From: Takakia lepidozioides
Lineage: Eukaryota; Plantae; Bryophyta
Assembly (NCBI GenBank): GCA_030704615.1
Contig: CM060732.1
Coordinates: 63,054,001 to 63,118,000 of the forward strand
Reading direction: 5' to 3'
DNA: 64,000 nucleotides
Below, in pieces: positions 49,901 through 62,900 of the stretch (the first letter of the stretch is position 1; the number at the start of each line of letters is the position of its first letter). A model generated the notes under the pieces. It was not told the origin of the DNA. It searched no databases and was given only the letters and a program-made list of their open reading frames with translations. A program made the translations under genes and the position numbers.

Positions 49901-51332
49901 CCTCCTTCCCACTGCCCAAGTCCCTTATTGCATTTCCAGCCTCCTCAATTTTCTCATGTAGCAGCGAGCTGCCATCTTGGTTTGTTGACTCAACCGCTTG
50001 ATCCCTGTTGTTGGCCTGTAAAATCTCGAGAACCTCACCACCACCTGCCTCCCCACAATGGTCTTCTGCTAAATCTGGAGGTAAGTCAGGTGAATTAGAG
50101 CACAGGGGAGCCAGATTACTCCTGCCCTCCGTCACAAGTGCACCATTCGTATCCACAGGTCTTTCTATCCCAAATATTCCTACCTGAGTACCTGTTCCAG
50201 ACCTGCTAGGCCCTTCGGTATAATTGACTATATTCTCAGAGTAGATTCCCACCATCGCCACTGCAGCGTCCACCCTAGGTTGCACCTCGGGAGCACCCAA
50301 AGTCAGTAAGCAATCATGTCCGGCACTCCCTCGCTCACCATCAGAAATCTGACATACTAGATTCTCCTGCACATGTTATCGTTGTCTCTCTGTTTAATTA
50401 TTTAGAAACATTCACTTTCTTGAAATTCACTCGACTCACTGCTAGTGCAGGGAAACCTAATGCAGAACTGGCTCCGACACTGAGAACGCTCTCATGTGTG
50501 ATCACAAGGGGCCCCTCTATAACATCTTCTGGTGGCCACTTGTGATGACAACCACAGGGGGCACTTCAGTCGCTGACCAAGTTGACGGAAAATTCACCAA
50601 AAACTTTTCCAAGTTACATAAGGATTTAGTATAAGCTATCTGCGCTTTCCTCTTCATGTCACACCCTGAGAAGCAGCTTTGTCGGCATTCGTCCTCACCT
50701 CCCACTTTGGCAAGAAACACTAGACTCGGAAGTTAAATACATGACTTGCACCACAGCGCCTCCCAGCGACGTAAGCCCAGGTCCCTCAGACAATAATTTC
50801 TCGAATTTTGTGCGTCACTGCAACTATTCCTGCATGCACGGATTTCTGAGGCCAGAGCACAAACTATAAACACCAGGTGACCTCCGGGCAAGACATGATA
50901 TTTCATCGCGTAACTTCCATGAGATCCGAAAAAGTGATCATGGGGGGATCTTGAGCTTACGCTTTCCTGGATGTCATTCATTCCAGCTGCATGAGTTCCC
51001 GTGCAAATCGTCTTTTTCTTGCCGCCGTGGGAAGACAAAGGTTTGACGAGGAGCTCAAACATATGCCCAGACATATGTTCTTCTCTAAGGTTTCTGATTC
51101 CCATTTTCTGGAAAAAGCGTTGCCGCCGCTCATTGATGCTTCCAGGGTCATCGATCCACACTGAAAATTTGGAACCGAGGAAATGTAAGGGAAGATTTCG
51201 GTCATAGATGGCTGCTGCGTTTGTTGGGCTGCTGGGAACACCCAGGTGTTGGTTAGTCTCGTCATCTGCGCTTGATATTGATGATCTGTCGTCCAAGGCG
51301 TTGAGTTTGTCATCTGAGACTCCCCCGTCCAT
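43956..51332 (-). CDS. WD40-repeat protein, WDR44-like plant family. Confident exons: 50366-49262, about 48553-48410, 47928-47838, 47288-47131, 46841-46790, 46119-46034, 45745-45652, 44980-43956; first exon starts at 51332, 5' structure uncertain
   Basis: [112 protein letters not shown]. Splice phases are consistent from 48410 to the stop. Confidence 0.88.
46210..46475 (+). mobile_element. Possible tRNA-derived SINE (second family) in a WD40 intron
   Basis: B-box-like gggttcaaagcc; the tail agtagccc...gacaccataa.ttacac recurs near 63822-63860. Confidence 0.4.
48620..48980 (+). mobile_element. 3' end fragment of the RTE-X-like LINE in a WD40 intron
   Basis: caccaactttgaaa...gaggctgagcc...gttgatgcttgtgtgaaggg...tggccacaaggctac matches about 2050-2325. 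Confidence 0.85.
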
Positions 51333-52287
51333 ATTCTATAGAGGGCGATGAGAGTGAGGACAATGCCGAGAAGACATTACCTTGCAAATCGCCATCACCT
51401 CTCCCAAATCTGTTGCAGCTTCTCTACCAAATCGGTATAGCTAATTTCGCAATCACATAACCCCTTAAGATCGATTGCTCCATTCCACGGACCCAATTAA
51501 ACCCACGATCCTCTAGCCCCTTACAGTTACCATCAATTGTTGTGCATGCCCGCCAAAATCAGAAGCGTGGGTTGATGTTCCCGCTTAGAGTGGCACGCTT
51601 TTGTAACTAGTAACTTGTAACTGTTGCTTGCTACACCCAGCGGTCCGTCTTGCCACGTTTCAGTGCCATGGAATGCCCTGTTATAATTCTGGCGACGACC
51701 GAAGGTCGGAAGCTAGTTTAGCGTAGAACAGGAGTTAGGTTGCCATAGTGCCTCGTCATCGTCGCCACATCATCATCGCCACGTTTCATAGACACGTCAT
51801 TGTAGCCACGTCATCATTGTCAAAGTTTTTGGAACCTGCCCAAAATGCCCAAAAATAACCAGGAGAGGCCATGGCTTGCAGTGCGGGGAAGGGATGAGCG
51901 CGGAGGGATCTGTTTCACACACCGATCGCAGATGGAGACATTTGCAGATTATGAGTACACCGGAGCTGACACAGCTGGAATTTGGACCATGGTGGGACAA
52001 CCACAATTGCAAGGTGTGGCTTTTTCTTAATGTACGATGTGAAGAAGTTTGTCCATCCTACAAATGTGGGCTCTTGGCTCCTGTTAGTACCATGATTTGG
52101 TATCATTCCTTACAAGGTTCTTGGGAGAGTCAGCTTGGTCTTAGCAGGCCGTGTTTCAATCTCTTCCTGCTAAGCTGTGGTTCTTAGAGACCAATCCGAC
52201 ACTACCTGACTACATACACAAGCAACACACACAAGAGGTCCTTTTGGGTTGATGGTCGGTCAAAAAGTCTTTGAAAGAACTTTGTAA

Positions 52288-52390
52288 ACATTGAAAACAA
52301 CATTGAAAACAAATATCAATATCAAAGACAATTATTTTTTATCAAGACGATCATTTTTTATCAAGACAATCATTTTTATCAAGACAATAA
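52288..52390. repeat. Short AT-rich tandem repeats (12-bp and ~20-bp units)
   Basis: acattgaaaaca twice; ttttt(tt)atcaagac(a/g)at three times. Confidence 0.7.
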
Positions 52391-52666
52391 AACTAAAATG
52401 AGAAACTAAATGATGAGCAACGGAAAAGATATAAACAATCGACTTCCCATCGAGACAAAACAAATGCTAAATGAAGGGAAAAATAGAGAAAAGGGAGTTC
52501 AACTCCTCCTCACTTCTTGGGCATAGATAGAGGTAGCTGCATCAAACAATGGGATGACCCACCCCTTTTTCTGAAAGTTGAACGGAGTTCTCAGAATTTG
52601 TCGCTCATAGTGCGGAGCAACTCAAAGCCCTCGATTCTCTACTGAACCAAGATTTCTTCCAACCGT

Positions 52667-52849
52667 GCACTTGAGCAGGTAGCCCAGTGGTTGGGTGTTT
52701 GTGCCTCGCATGTGCATAACCTAGGTGATCCTGGGTTCAATCCTTCAACATGTGCCTTCAGACCATCCAGTGGGCCCTCGATGGCCTGTGTGTTGAGCAA
52801 TAGGCTCTATAAATTCACTGGACGTTAAACAAACTTTATCTTTATCTTT
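52667..52849 (+). mobile_element. tRNA-derived SINE, about 180 bp
   Basis: A box tagcccagtgg, B box gggttcaatcc, (tttatc)n tail; a second full copy is adjacent and a tail-only copy lies at 43744-43775. Confidence 0.8.
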
Positions 52850-52903
52850 CAACCAATGTAATTTTTACTATTTTAAAGGACCAATAATTTTACTGAGAGG
52901 AGG

Positions 52904-53090
52904 GATAAAAGATAAAGATAAAGATTCTTTAACGTCCAGTGAATTTAGAGAGCCTACTGCTCAACACACAGGCCATCGAGGGCCCAATGGACGGTCTGAA
53001 GGCACATGTTGAAGGATTGAACCCAGGATCACCTAGGTTATGCACAGGCAAGGCACAGACACCCAACCACTGGGCTACCTGCTCAAGTGC
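52904..53090 (-). mobile_element. Second copy of the same SINE, inverted
   Basis: Reverse complement of 52667-52849 with scattered substitutions; possible TSD aggga. Confidence 0.8.
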
Positions 53091-55399
53091 AGGGAGTAAA
53101 GCACAACACACCCCCAGCAACTTCAATAGGGGTGAACCTGAGACATTAATTAGCTAAGCTTTTTTTAGCATGGATGGTATTCTCATGTCCTCACAAGTTC
53201 AGAAGGGGCTTGCAAGATTAGAAGAACCTCCGACGCAGGCAGTGACAGAGGTATCAGCCAGAAGCGACGGTAACGAACATGAAGCATGTAGACACAAGGG
53301 AAACATCCACAGAGTAATGTCCACACACACTTCTTTGTACATACGAAAAGAAGGCCCTTTACTCATGGTCAAGCTGACCATATACCAGAAAACCCTAGGT
53401 TCCACTCTGTCACCACCTGGCAACACTGCATAGGTTACTCAAATTGCCTTACATCCTAGCCTTTGAAGTATGAAGGGGCTGGATGAAGCCGTCTTCACCC
53501 AGGTTAGCTGTATACACAGTGTCACAGGCCACGCATAATGATACTCCGTCATCGTCTATTATATGCAAGGATGAGCATGACGGGTTCATGATGATAAAGT
53601 CTATTCCAAAGTAGGGGAATTATGGGGCATCACATGCGGGTGGATTGAGTTGTGATTAACAAAATTAAACAAGACGTGGTTTTATTATTTTTCATTTGCA
53701 AAAGCACGGGGATTGCAGGGGTATTGCCTTTGTCAATACCAGCCTATGCAGGGTATTGACCTACATATTAGAATTGCCAATACCAGAGGGTCCGGCTATT
53801 AACCCTAGTTTTACAACAGCAAATATCAGCCAGGTCGGTTATTTAATACGTCCCGGTTTGCATAGACCTAGCCAGGCCCTATATACCAGCCCAATAGTGG
53901 TTTACACCCTCATACACCTAGGCACAACAAAGATTTCCACCTAGGCACCCTCAAACCAGGCAATGGACAATCTAGGTTGATAATTCAGCAGGGGGGATGT
54001 TTGGTAATACTATCCACTCTAGAAATCGAAGAGAAACTACCAAGCTTTAGCAGCCCTCGGGCAAACGAGCGTACAGCTGGATAGATTCACATATAGAAAA
54101 GAAAAAATGGGACAATATATGATATCAATGTTGATGAACGACCTAACCTGTAGAATCCAATTTGCTACTTTATATAAGAATGTGCTAACCTTGGTTGTCC
54201 TCTCTTTCTTCTAGATTTCCTTTCCAATTATCGACCCCTAGAGGAAAGGCTCAATTTTCTTTTTCACTTATTGAACATGATTGAGCTGGGACTAGAAGCG
54301 AGTAACACAATTTGACATGGTAACGTCCATCCCCCTTGATCGAATTGAACGCCATTATAGGGAATGACAGGAACCAAGAGAGGTTAGAGTGTTTAGGCCA
54401 CTACGATTCCATATTGGATGGTGGCATGGGGTTCGCGTTCCATCTTCAAGATCAATAATATGAATAGCAAAAGTGATTATGACATTTGTCTCAATCTTTC
54501 TGCAAATAATCAATTACCAGAGTGCGTACTTTGGAACCAACTCCTGAAGCCATCATTGTGTCTTATCATAGACAATCATGTTCTTACAACCTAGTCCATA
54601 CAACCTCCCAACGCTACTACCTTCCGCTCTTCGTTGTTCCACAATTGTGACGATGGTTAGAGAGTCTAGTCAAAAGTAATCTAGCTCCCACAAGTGAGCA
54701 TAGGAAATGCCAGCTGCTTCCCAAGCAACCCATTTCAGAACCGACTTGGCTAGATTCTCATCATCTATATTGTTCGAAGTAGAACTAGAAATTGTGAATC
54801 CTAGAATTCCCTCGCCCCAATTGTAGAAAGAAACCTTTGAAGGTGAGAGCATGCATGAGTCTCAGCAGTGCCTTTCACAATCTTGAATATGCACTTGACA
54901 AATATTGTACTCACCCTCATAGTTGTACATAGCACTCTCGACCCCGGAGGAGTGCACTCTATGTGCCACACTGTGTTGTCATGGTCTGTCTCTTGCACAA
55001 TTGGAATTATGTTTTCCTCACTTTTAAGGATTTTCAAAAGGCCCCCCTTTGCTTTGGGCTCCTACCTCACTAAAAGAAAATGAAGTTTATTATTTATTAT
55101 TTATTATTTTTGTAGACTAGTTATAGGAGGATGGACGAGAGGTTATCGCCAGAAAATCGATATGACTACCATAGTGGACTTGTTAAAACATGCCACTTAT
55201 CATAAAGCAACCTTTCTAGAGGTGCCAGCTCATTTTTTTCGCCACATAGGTTGTAATACACAAGTGGCCGCTCGCGCTACTTTTGCAAAATGAGAAAGAA
55301 AAATGTTGCTCCTCATACATACACTCATAGTCTCAAGTTCAATGCCTTGCGACACAACTTCAAATTGTGATAATCTAAGGCTATTACTTATTGCTTTAA

Positions 55400-56167
55400 C
55401 CCCTAAACGACGAAGCGAGCCCACTCGCTTCAGGCACCAGGTCCACCTCCCTTGGATGTGAGTGGACGGAGGTGGGTCCCGAAGATAAAGTGAGGGGCTT
55501 AAGGAGAAGCACACATACGAATTTAAAGCACCCTGAAAAAGTAAAAGCTCTGCTCCCTAGAATTTTTCAAAGTGCAAATACAGCGTTGACTTGCGTAGGC
55601 GGCAGGCCAAATGAGGAATTTTGAAAACAACATCTAAGGCTCAGATTTTATCAAAATGCCAAGATTTTTTGACAAGGCACTATGTAATGTTAGTGTGCGC
55701 TTGCTTACCAAAGGTATTAGAAAAATAAAATCATGTCATGGCTCTACTTGGGTAAGAAGCCAAGCCATGATAATTTACCCCCTAGATTTCACATACAAAG
55801 AACCCGAGTGCTGCATCCCAAACCCTCACACCAAATTTCAGGTGAATTTGGTGGGGGGGGGGAACACTAGGATATGGCACTTTTTCTCCCAGCAAAAATT
55901 TGAAACATTGATTTTTTTCTTGGTCAAACATAAAGTTTTGGTTTATTTTATTTTATTTTCCAAAACATGCACTATTTTCAATTGTTATAATCTCCCAAAC
56001 AAAAGGGTGGAATCTCCCCAAATTTGGGTTGCTTGTGCATTTGGTAAGTAGGTATGATTTTGTACGGTTCATCCACGTGGATGAACAGGGGTAGGCAGTT
56101 ACAGGCTGACGTTTGAGGGTGGGTCCCGGTTTTGTCCCAAAATCCAAAAATAGGTCTCGCTTAAGGG
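55400..56167. mobile_element. piggyBac-like non-autonomous element, 768 bp
   Basis: TTAA at 55396-55399 and 56168-56171; termini CCCCTAAACGA and (reverse complement) CCCTTAAGCGA; a related terminus is at 42206. Confidence 0.6.
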
Positions 56168-56999
56168 TTAAGATATATACCAGTACAGAACCACCATTTG
56201 ACCCTCAATACTATTATCACCAATAAATGCCAACTAGAACAGAAACCCATTGCCTCCCAACTAATTGCCACAACCCCAACCCCTTCTCCCTCCCCATCTC
56301 CACCCTAATCTTATTGTAACTTCTTTATTTGGTCTGTTCCCGAACATGGGCAATAGCCGAATGTTGAAGTGGCGTTGAGGTGGCTCTTAATTATTAGGCT
56401 AACTTTGGTTAACGTCTTTTGTATGTGTGCATGTATGGACATGATTGGCCATCAGAATTCCACATTCTATAATAAATAAGTTTTTAAAAAAAAAAATCTG
56501 ATTCTTCTACTTCATAGTTTTTTATCTAATTAATGTTTTTATTATGGTTGATAAATTGTAAAGGGACCGCGCCATATTGCAGGAATCATCTCCAGAGGGA
56601 CACGCAATGGATGTCCTCTTATTTTTGTTGAAGCACATCAAGAGGAAATTGGGATATATGCCAAAATCCAGGAGATTCATCATCCTCAAGCGTTGTCTAC
56701 CAATAGTTTTATGTCTACTACCTTGGGAGACGTGGCTGATAACACACTGTTGGTGTCAACTGATATTGTCATTTTTCCCTCTGTGAAGCAGAAAGATTTG
56801 GTCTCGGAGATAAATGTCCCTCAGACCTCTTACGCTAACAACCATTTTGAGATCTCATATTCTAATCCTATGCTATATCATTTTGAGAGAAAACCCTGCA
56901 TAGCTTTATAAAAAGACCCAAGTGGGGTGACTGTATAAATGAGTGTAACTGTCCCCAAGAGGAAACAACCAAAGCTCGTAGAGCTAGATATATTAACAC

Positions 57000-59900
57000 A
57001 GAGAAAGAAATCAAACTATTCTAGTATCACCTACAGCCTAAAGAAGGTCAGACAACAGGAAAGAGGGTGGATCAGAGAGTTCAGGGAGGCGAGATGAAGC
57101 CACCCCAGCAACCTCTGCCCGACGTAAAATAGATTGAGCTTGAGCCTTTTGCAAAGCAATCTAAACTCGTTGTCTAAAGAAAGCTACAAGAACAGAGGCG
57201 TATGGGCTTCCAAGGCTTTTGTTTTCTGCTGCACGATGGGCACAGGTGCGAAGGAACTCGTTGAACTGATGATGCAAACAACCAAAGATCTCGACTGCCA
57301 AAGGAAGGAATGTGTCTGTGGAATGACGTGCCTGATAGTCATACTCATTTCCCTGCGCAGCTACTGAAGCGGCAACTCCCTGTGATGAGGCTGTGCGGGG
57401 CAGGAGATCCGACCTAGTAGGATCAGCGATGACAACGTCCGCCAATGTACGCAGTCCGTCCTGTGAGAGAACAATGTCAACCCGTCGTCGAGTGGAATGG
57501 TGATTGTGGGTCGATGGGAGTATGTGCACCTGCTCTTGAATGAGATGTATCCCAGCATCACGAGCAACCGCAACTGCTGCATCCCGGACGACGTCATGGG
57601 TCGCAGTGCGTTCTCCACCGCATGGCCAACGAAGAAGATGTACGCCGAGTGAATCGAGAGGATGGCGACAAACACACTGTTGTAGTCCTAACACAGAGGG
57701 AGCGGAAGACCCAGTCAAACTCGTAGGGAGATGGTAAATACAGCAGAAGACATACGGAAGGGTGCAATGGTTGGTCGTATCGTGAGCCACGCGCCTGCTC
57801 CGGGCCCTGCGCACGAGAGAAGTCTGGCCCGATGTGCATCTAAAGGAGCGTCGGAAAGCATGCTGGCAAATGAGTGTCGGTGCACGCGTTCCATGATGGT
57901 ATCATGTCAATGTTCCAGACCTTGAGTGACCAACTGTTCAAAGGGTGGCAGACAAGCCCGTGCTGGTGTTGGGATGAGATCCCGCGCTGAACGAAGATGT
58001 TGCTGGAAGGACAAAGAGCCATTGTCGCGCACCTCACTTCGGTAAGCTCCCCCTTCAAGTCACAGTTACTCGCTTTGATGCGCGCGCCTAACTCCCAACC
58101 TGGACGCCGGGCCAACTCGGAGCTTCGGCTGCTCACCTGGACATAACGGTCCCCCTTTCTTCCCCCAACAGACCCTCCACCAATTTGGGCCTAGTGGAAA
58201 TTCCCTTTGGTAGATGGCAGTCCGGAATAGCTCCCCACTCCTTGGTCGCTTTCCGGCTCGCTCGCTTACTCACTAGTTTTTGGTCACCAACGGGGTTGCA
58301 CCGTTCTCGGGGATACTACTCCCTATATATACTTTTATGACTGTCCGTGGGGGTTCCACAAATAACACCATCATTTTATGGCGAACCACCACGAAGACCC
58401 TCGATTCCCGGTGATGAGTCGCGGTGAGTCTTGGCCCACCCACCACGGCTCCATTGGACCGTGATGAGTCCCAAGACTCCCCACGACTCCCACCGCAAGG
58501 TCTCCGCCCCATGGTGAGTCCTATGCCACCCCCACTAAGTCCCGCTAAGCTACCACCACCCCTCGTGGAACCACCCCCACCGCAACCCGGTGTACGAGGC
58601 TCCACCTAATGAGCGCCTCCGCCTCCTTGAGTGCCTTGGGCACTCAAGGGTGCTTCAGCCCCCGCATCTATTGTTGCCACCGCCCCCACCACACGGGCAA
58701 CCCCTCTCGTGTCCTGACCCCCTGCCCTCAAGGCAAAGGGCCGCGACACACACCCCTACCAACAGGGAGTCGATGTCCTCATCGACTTGTCCATTTTGTA
58801 GAAACGAACATCCAAGTTGTGGCGTCCCACATCAAGGAGTTTGTTTCCGTACCATGGCGTCCCATGGCAAAGAACCAAACCCCTACTTGACTCTACTCTC
58901 TACTAGCTAGTTCGGCCGACTTTCTCCTAGTCCCAGCCAAGGGTGGAGCCTCTCAAGCTCCTCCCAGTGCACTCTTCTTGGCCTACTTCAAGGCCAAGGA
59001 ACGATCATCCCCGAGGATCGAATTGCCTTACTGCAACAACATTGCTTGCGACTGCTCATGATGCCGCTTTTGGCATCACCTTGAGCAAGGGTTCACCTTG
59101 AACCTTTTTTGACTAGGAAGATAACCTTGAACCAACCGTGCGCCCCAAATCACTACAATTGGGTCCGCCTTGGAATGCTGGCCTAAGGTACGGGAACACG
59201 CCGAAGCCGCACTACGACTTCGTCCCGAGGCTACACGATTATAGTACGTGAACGGAAGCACGTAGCTTCCGCGTTAGCCTGCACTGCAATGCAACCCCTC
59301 GGTAGCGCAGTTATAGTACGCGCACGCGCCAGGTGCGCACTAGCACGTGAATTCCCAAAGAAGGCGCAAGTTCCCTTGCCCATTGGGTAGGAGTCACCCG
59401 ATTTCGGCACTGCGCAAACACACGATTGACCCAATTTACCTCTTCCACTTTTGTAAGTTAGCATGCATTCTACACACTAGCCAACCATACCATGCATCAC
59501 CATTCCAAACAAAATAGGACGCACAACATTTGGAAACCATTTCATTTATAACAAAATTTGTACAATACAAATTTTTGCAATCGGATTCCTGAGCTAGCTA
59601 AGCCGGGCTAAGCATGCATTTCCTCCCCCACGCTCCAAGGTTGATGTCCCCATCAACGCTTCTTCCGCTTTTAGTGTCGCCCTTCGAAAGCTGCAACCGC
59701 GTCGGATGCGTTTCCCATTTCTGAGGCACGCACCCAAAATGCCTCCACATGATGATAGCCCTTTCATTTCACGAGATACTCCGTTTCTCGATTCTTGAAC
59801 TGCCTCGACTTAAGCACTGCCTCCACCTCGTACTCGGGATCATTTTCATGATCTTACAGCACAGGTGGTGGACGTAACACTTGATGCCGATTCGGACGCG

Positions 59901-62900
59901 CTTCATCTTTGAAGTAAGGCTTCAAAAGGGAGACGTGGAATACCGGATGCACCTTGCTGTTTGCCGACAGCTCCAATTCATACACATCCTCATTCATAAC
60001 CTTCCGGATGCGAAAGGGTCCCGCATACGGAGGTACGAACTTTGGACTCACTTCCGGAGGTAGTCGAAAATTCTTAGTGTTCAACCAGACCTCAGTGCCT
60101 GCCTCAAACTTGACTTTTCTCCGCTTCCGATTTTCTAGCTTTGGCGATGTTGTACTTTGCGAGCTTCAACAAGCGCTCGCGTTCCTCCAACACCGCTGAT
60201 GCTGCTGGTTCCTCAACGTCTTGGGCAGCCCAACTTGTCGGCACTAGAGGTGCTTTTCCATAGACCAATACGAAAGGGGAAACACCCGTTGCGGAGTGTT
60301 TTGTGTTATTATAAAGAACTCTGTCGTGTCCAAGTGCTCCACCCAGTCCGATTGGTCCGCCGACACGTAATTCCGCAAGATCTGCTTCACCACAGAATTC
60401 ACCCTTTCCGTTTGGTCGTCCGTCGTAGGTCGGATGGCGGTACTCAGCTTGAGCCTCATCCCTATCTTCTTCCAAAGTGCCCTCCAAAATTTACTTGTAA
60501 ACTTTGGATCACGGTCCGAGACAATATCCTTCGGGAGTCCATGATGCTTGAGAGATGTGGGCGAAGTAAATTCGTCCCGTCTCCTCTGCCGTTGCTGTCT
60601 CCTTGGTGGGATGAAATGACCCATTTTACTGAACCTATCCACCACCACCATGATTGCATCGAATCATTTTGACAGCGACATAGCAGTCATGAAATCCATC
60701 GAGACACTTTTCCAAGACCCCTCTGGAATCGGCAAGGGTTGTAACAGCCCCGCTTGCTTCTTGTACTCGCTCCGGTTTTGTTGGCATGTGGTGCATGTCT
60801 TGACATACTTCTCGGCCTCCTCCCTTAGTTTGGGCCAGAAATACTCTTTCTTCAAGAGTGTCGCAGTGCGCTTGGCTCCGCCGTGGCCCGCAAGCGGGCC
60901 ATCATGACATTATCTCAAGAGACTATCTTTGATCCCTCCCTTTGGCACATAGAGACGCTTTTGTTTGTACCGGAGCAATCCATTTTGCAAGTGGAACTGC
61001 GATTTAACCCCCATCCTCAAGTCCCGCATCACGGACTTCACCATCTCATCTTTCCGGTAAGCCTTCTGGATCTTCCTTTGGAGCGCCGTCTCGCCCCTGT
61101 ACACCAGCATGAGCTGCTGCTTTCTACTTAAAGCATCGGCCACCACATTGTCTCGTCCCAGTTTGTACTGGATATCCACGTCGAACACCGCCAAAGTATC
61201 TTGTCTCCTAAGTTGTTTTGGGGACAACTTAGGCTGCGTGGCAAAATACTTCACCATGACATTGTCCGTGAATACCTTCACCGGGTTGGAACCAACATAG
61301 TGGCGCCAAAGCTTAAGGCAATGCACCACCGCCTTCATCTCTTTCGCGTGCGTCGGCCACTGTCGCTCCACTTCATTCAGTTTCTTACTTTCGTAAGCCA
61401 CTGGACGTCCATCTTGCATAAGTACACCCCCAATCGCAAAGTCCGACGCATCTGTATGAATCTGAAACGGGCGGTCGAACTCCGGGATTTTCAAGACTGG
61501 AGCTTCCGCCATCCGCTGCTTCAACTCGGCAAAAGCTTGGCCACAAAAAGTGTTCCATACCCATACCTTGGATTTACATAGAAGATCTGACAGCGGCCCC
61601 GCGATCTTGGCGAAATTTCTCACATACTTTCGGTAATAGGAGGCGAGTCCTAGGAAGGATCGCACTCCCGAGACCGAAGTCGGAGGTTCCCAGTCCAAGA
61701 TCGCCCTCACCTTTCTGTCATCCATTTTGATCTCATCCTGTGTAATCACATGCCCTAGGAACTCCACTTTGTGACCCCGAATTTGCACTTTGAAGCTTTG
61801 ACAACAGCTTCCTTTCCCGCAATTTCTGGAACACCTTTTTGAGGTGCTCCAGGTGCTCTTCCTTTGTTTTCGAGTACACCAAGATGTCGTCGATGTACAC
61901 GATCACAAAGTCATCCAGCCACTCCTGGAAAAGGCTGTTCATTAGCGTGCTAAAGGTCGCGGGTGCGTTGGTGAGGCCAAAAAGCATCACCAAGAACTTA
62001 TACGAACCATATGTTGTCATGTACGCGGTTTTCTCCTCATCTCCTTCCGCCACTCGGATTTGATGGTACCCGGAGCGCAAATCGATCCGGCTGAAATACT
62101 TCGCTCCTGCCAACCGATCGAAGAGGTCGTCGATCCTTGGCAAAGGGTACCGGTTCTTGATAGTCACCTTATTCAGGGCCCTGTAATTGACACACATCCG
62201 TAGCGTCCCATCTTTCTTGTCTGCGAATAGCACCGGGGCTCCGTAAGGTGACTTACTCGGCCGGATGTACCCCTTTGACATTAGATCCTCGAACTGAGTC
62301 TTCAGCTCGACCAACTCTCTGTGGCTCAACTGGTAGGGCGCCTTGGCAGGCGGCTCCGATCCCGGTATCACCTCAATCTTATGGTCAACTCCCCTTCGCG
62401 GTGGCAAGCCGCTTGATAAATCCTCCGGCATCACATCTTGGTATTTCTCCAAAATCCTCTTGATCTAATCTGGGCTGGGCTCCCTATCGCCTTCTCCCTT
62501 CACTTGTCTCACGTAAAGCAAAAACTGGGGCTCGTGTGGCTCCTCCACGGCCCACTCCCTTGCTGACAGAAGGTTTATTCGCCTTCCCACGGGGTTGGGC
62601 GTTTCCGACTGTGATAACTCCCCACGACTCCCCACGACTCCCACCACAAGGTCTCCGCCCCATGGTGAGTCCTATGCCACCCCCACTAAGTCCCGCTAAG
62701 CTACCGCCACCCCTCGTGGAATCACCCCCACCGCAACCCGGTGTGCGGGGCTCCACCTAGTGAGCGCCTCCGCCTCCTTGAGTGCCTTGGGCACTCAAGG
62801 GTGCTTCAGCCCCCGCATCTATTGTTGCCACCGCCCCCACCACAAGGGCAGCCCCTCTCGTGTCCCGATCCCCTGCCCTCAAGGCAAAGGGCCGCGACAG

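Noticed and set aside
52676-52750. tRNA gene
   Set aside because: Has A and B boxes but no convincing cloverleaf, and continues into a repeated body and simple-repeat tail, so it is a SINE.
54660-55040. Possible reverse transcriptase or caulimovirid relic on minus (MLSPSKVSF...ILGFTI)
   Set aside because: No YxDD or second motif visible; too degenerate to call without a profile search.
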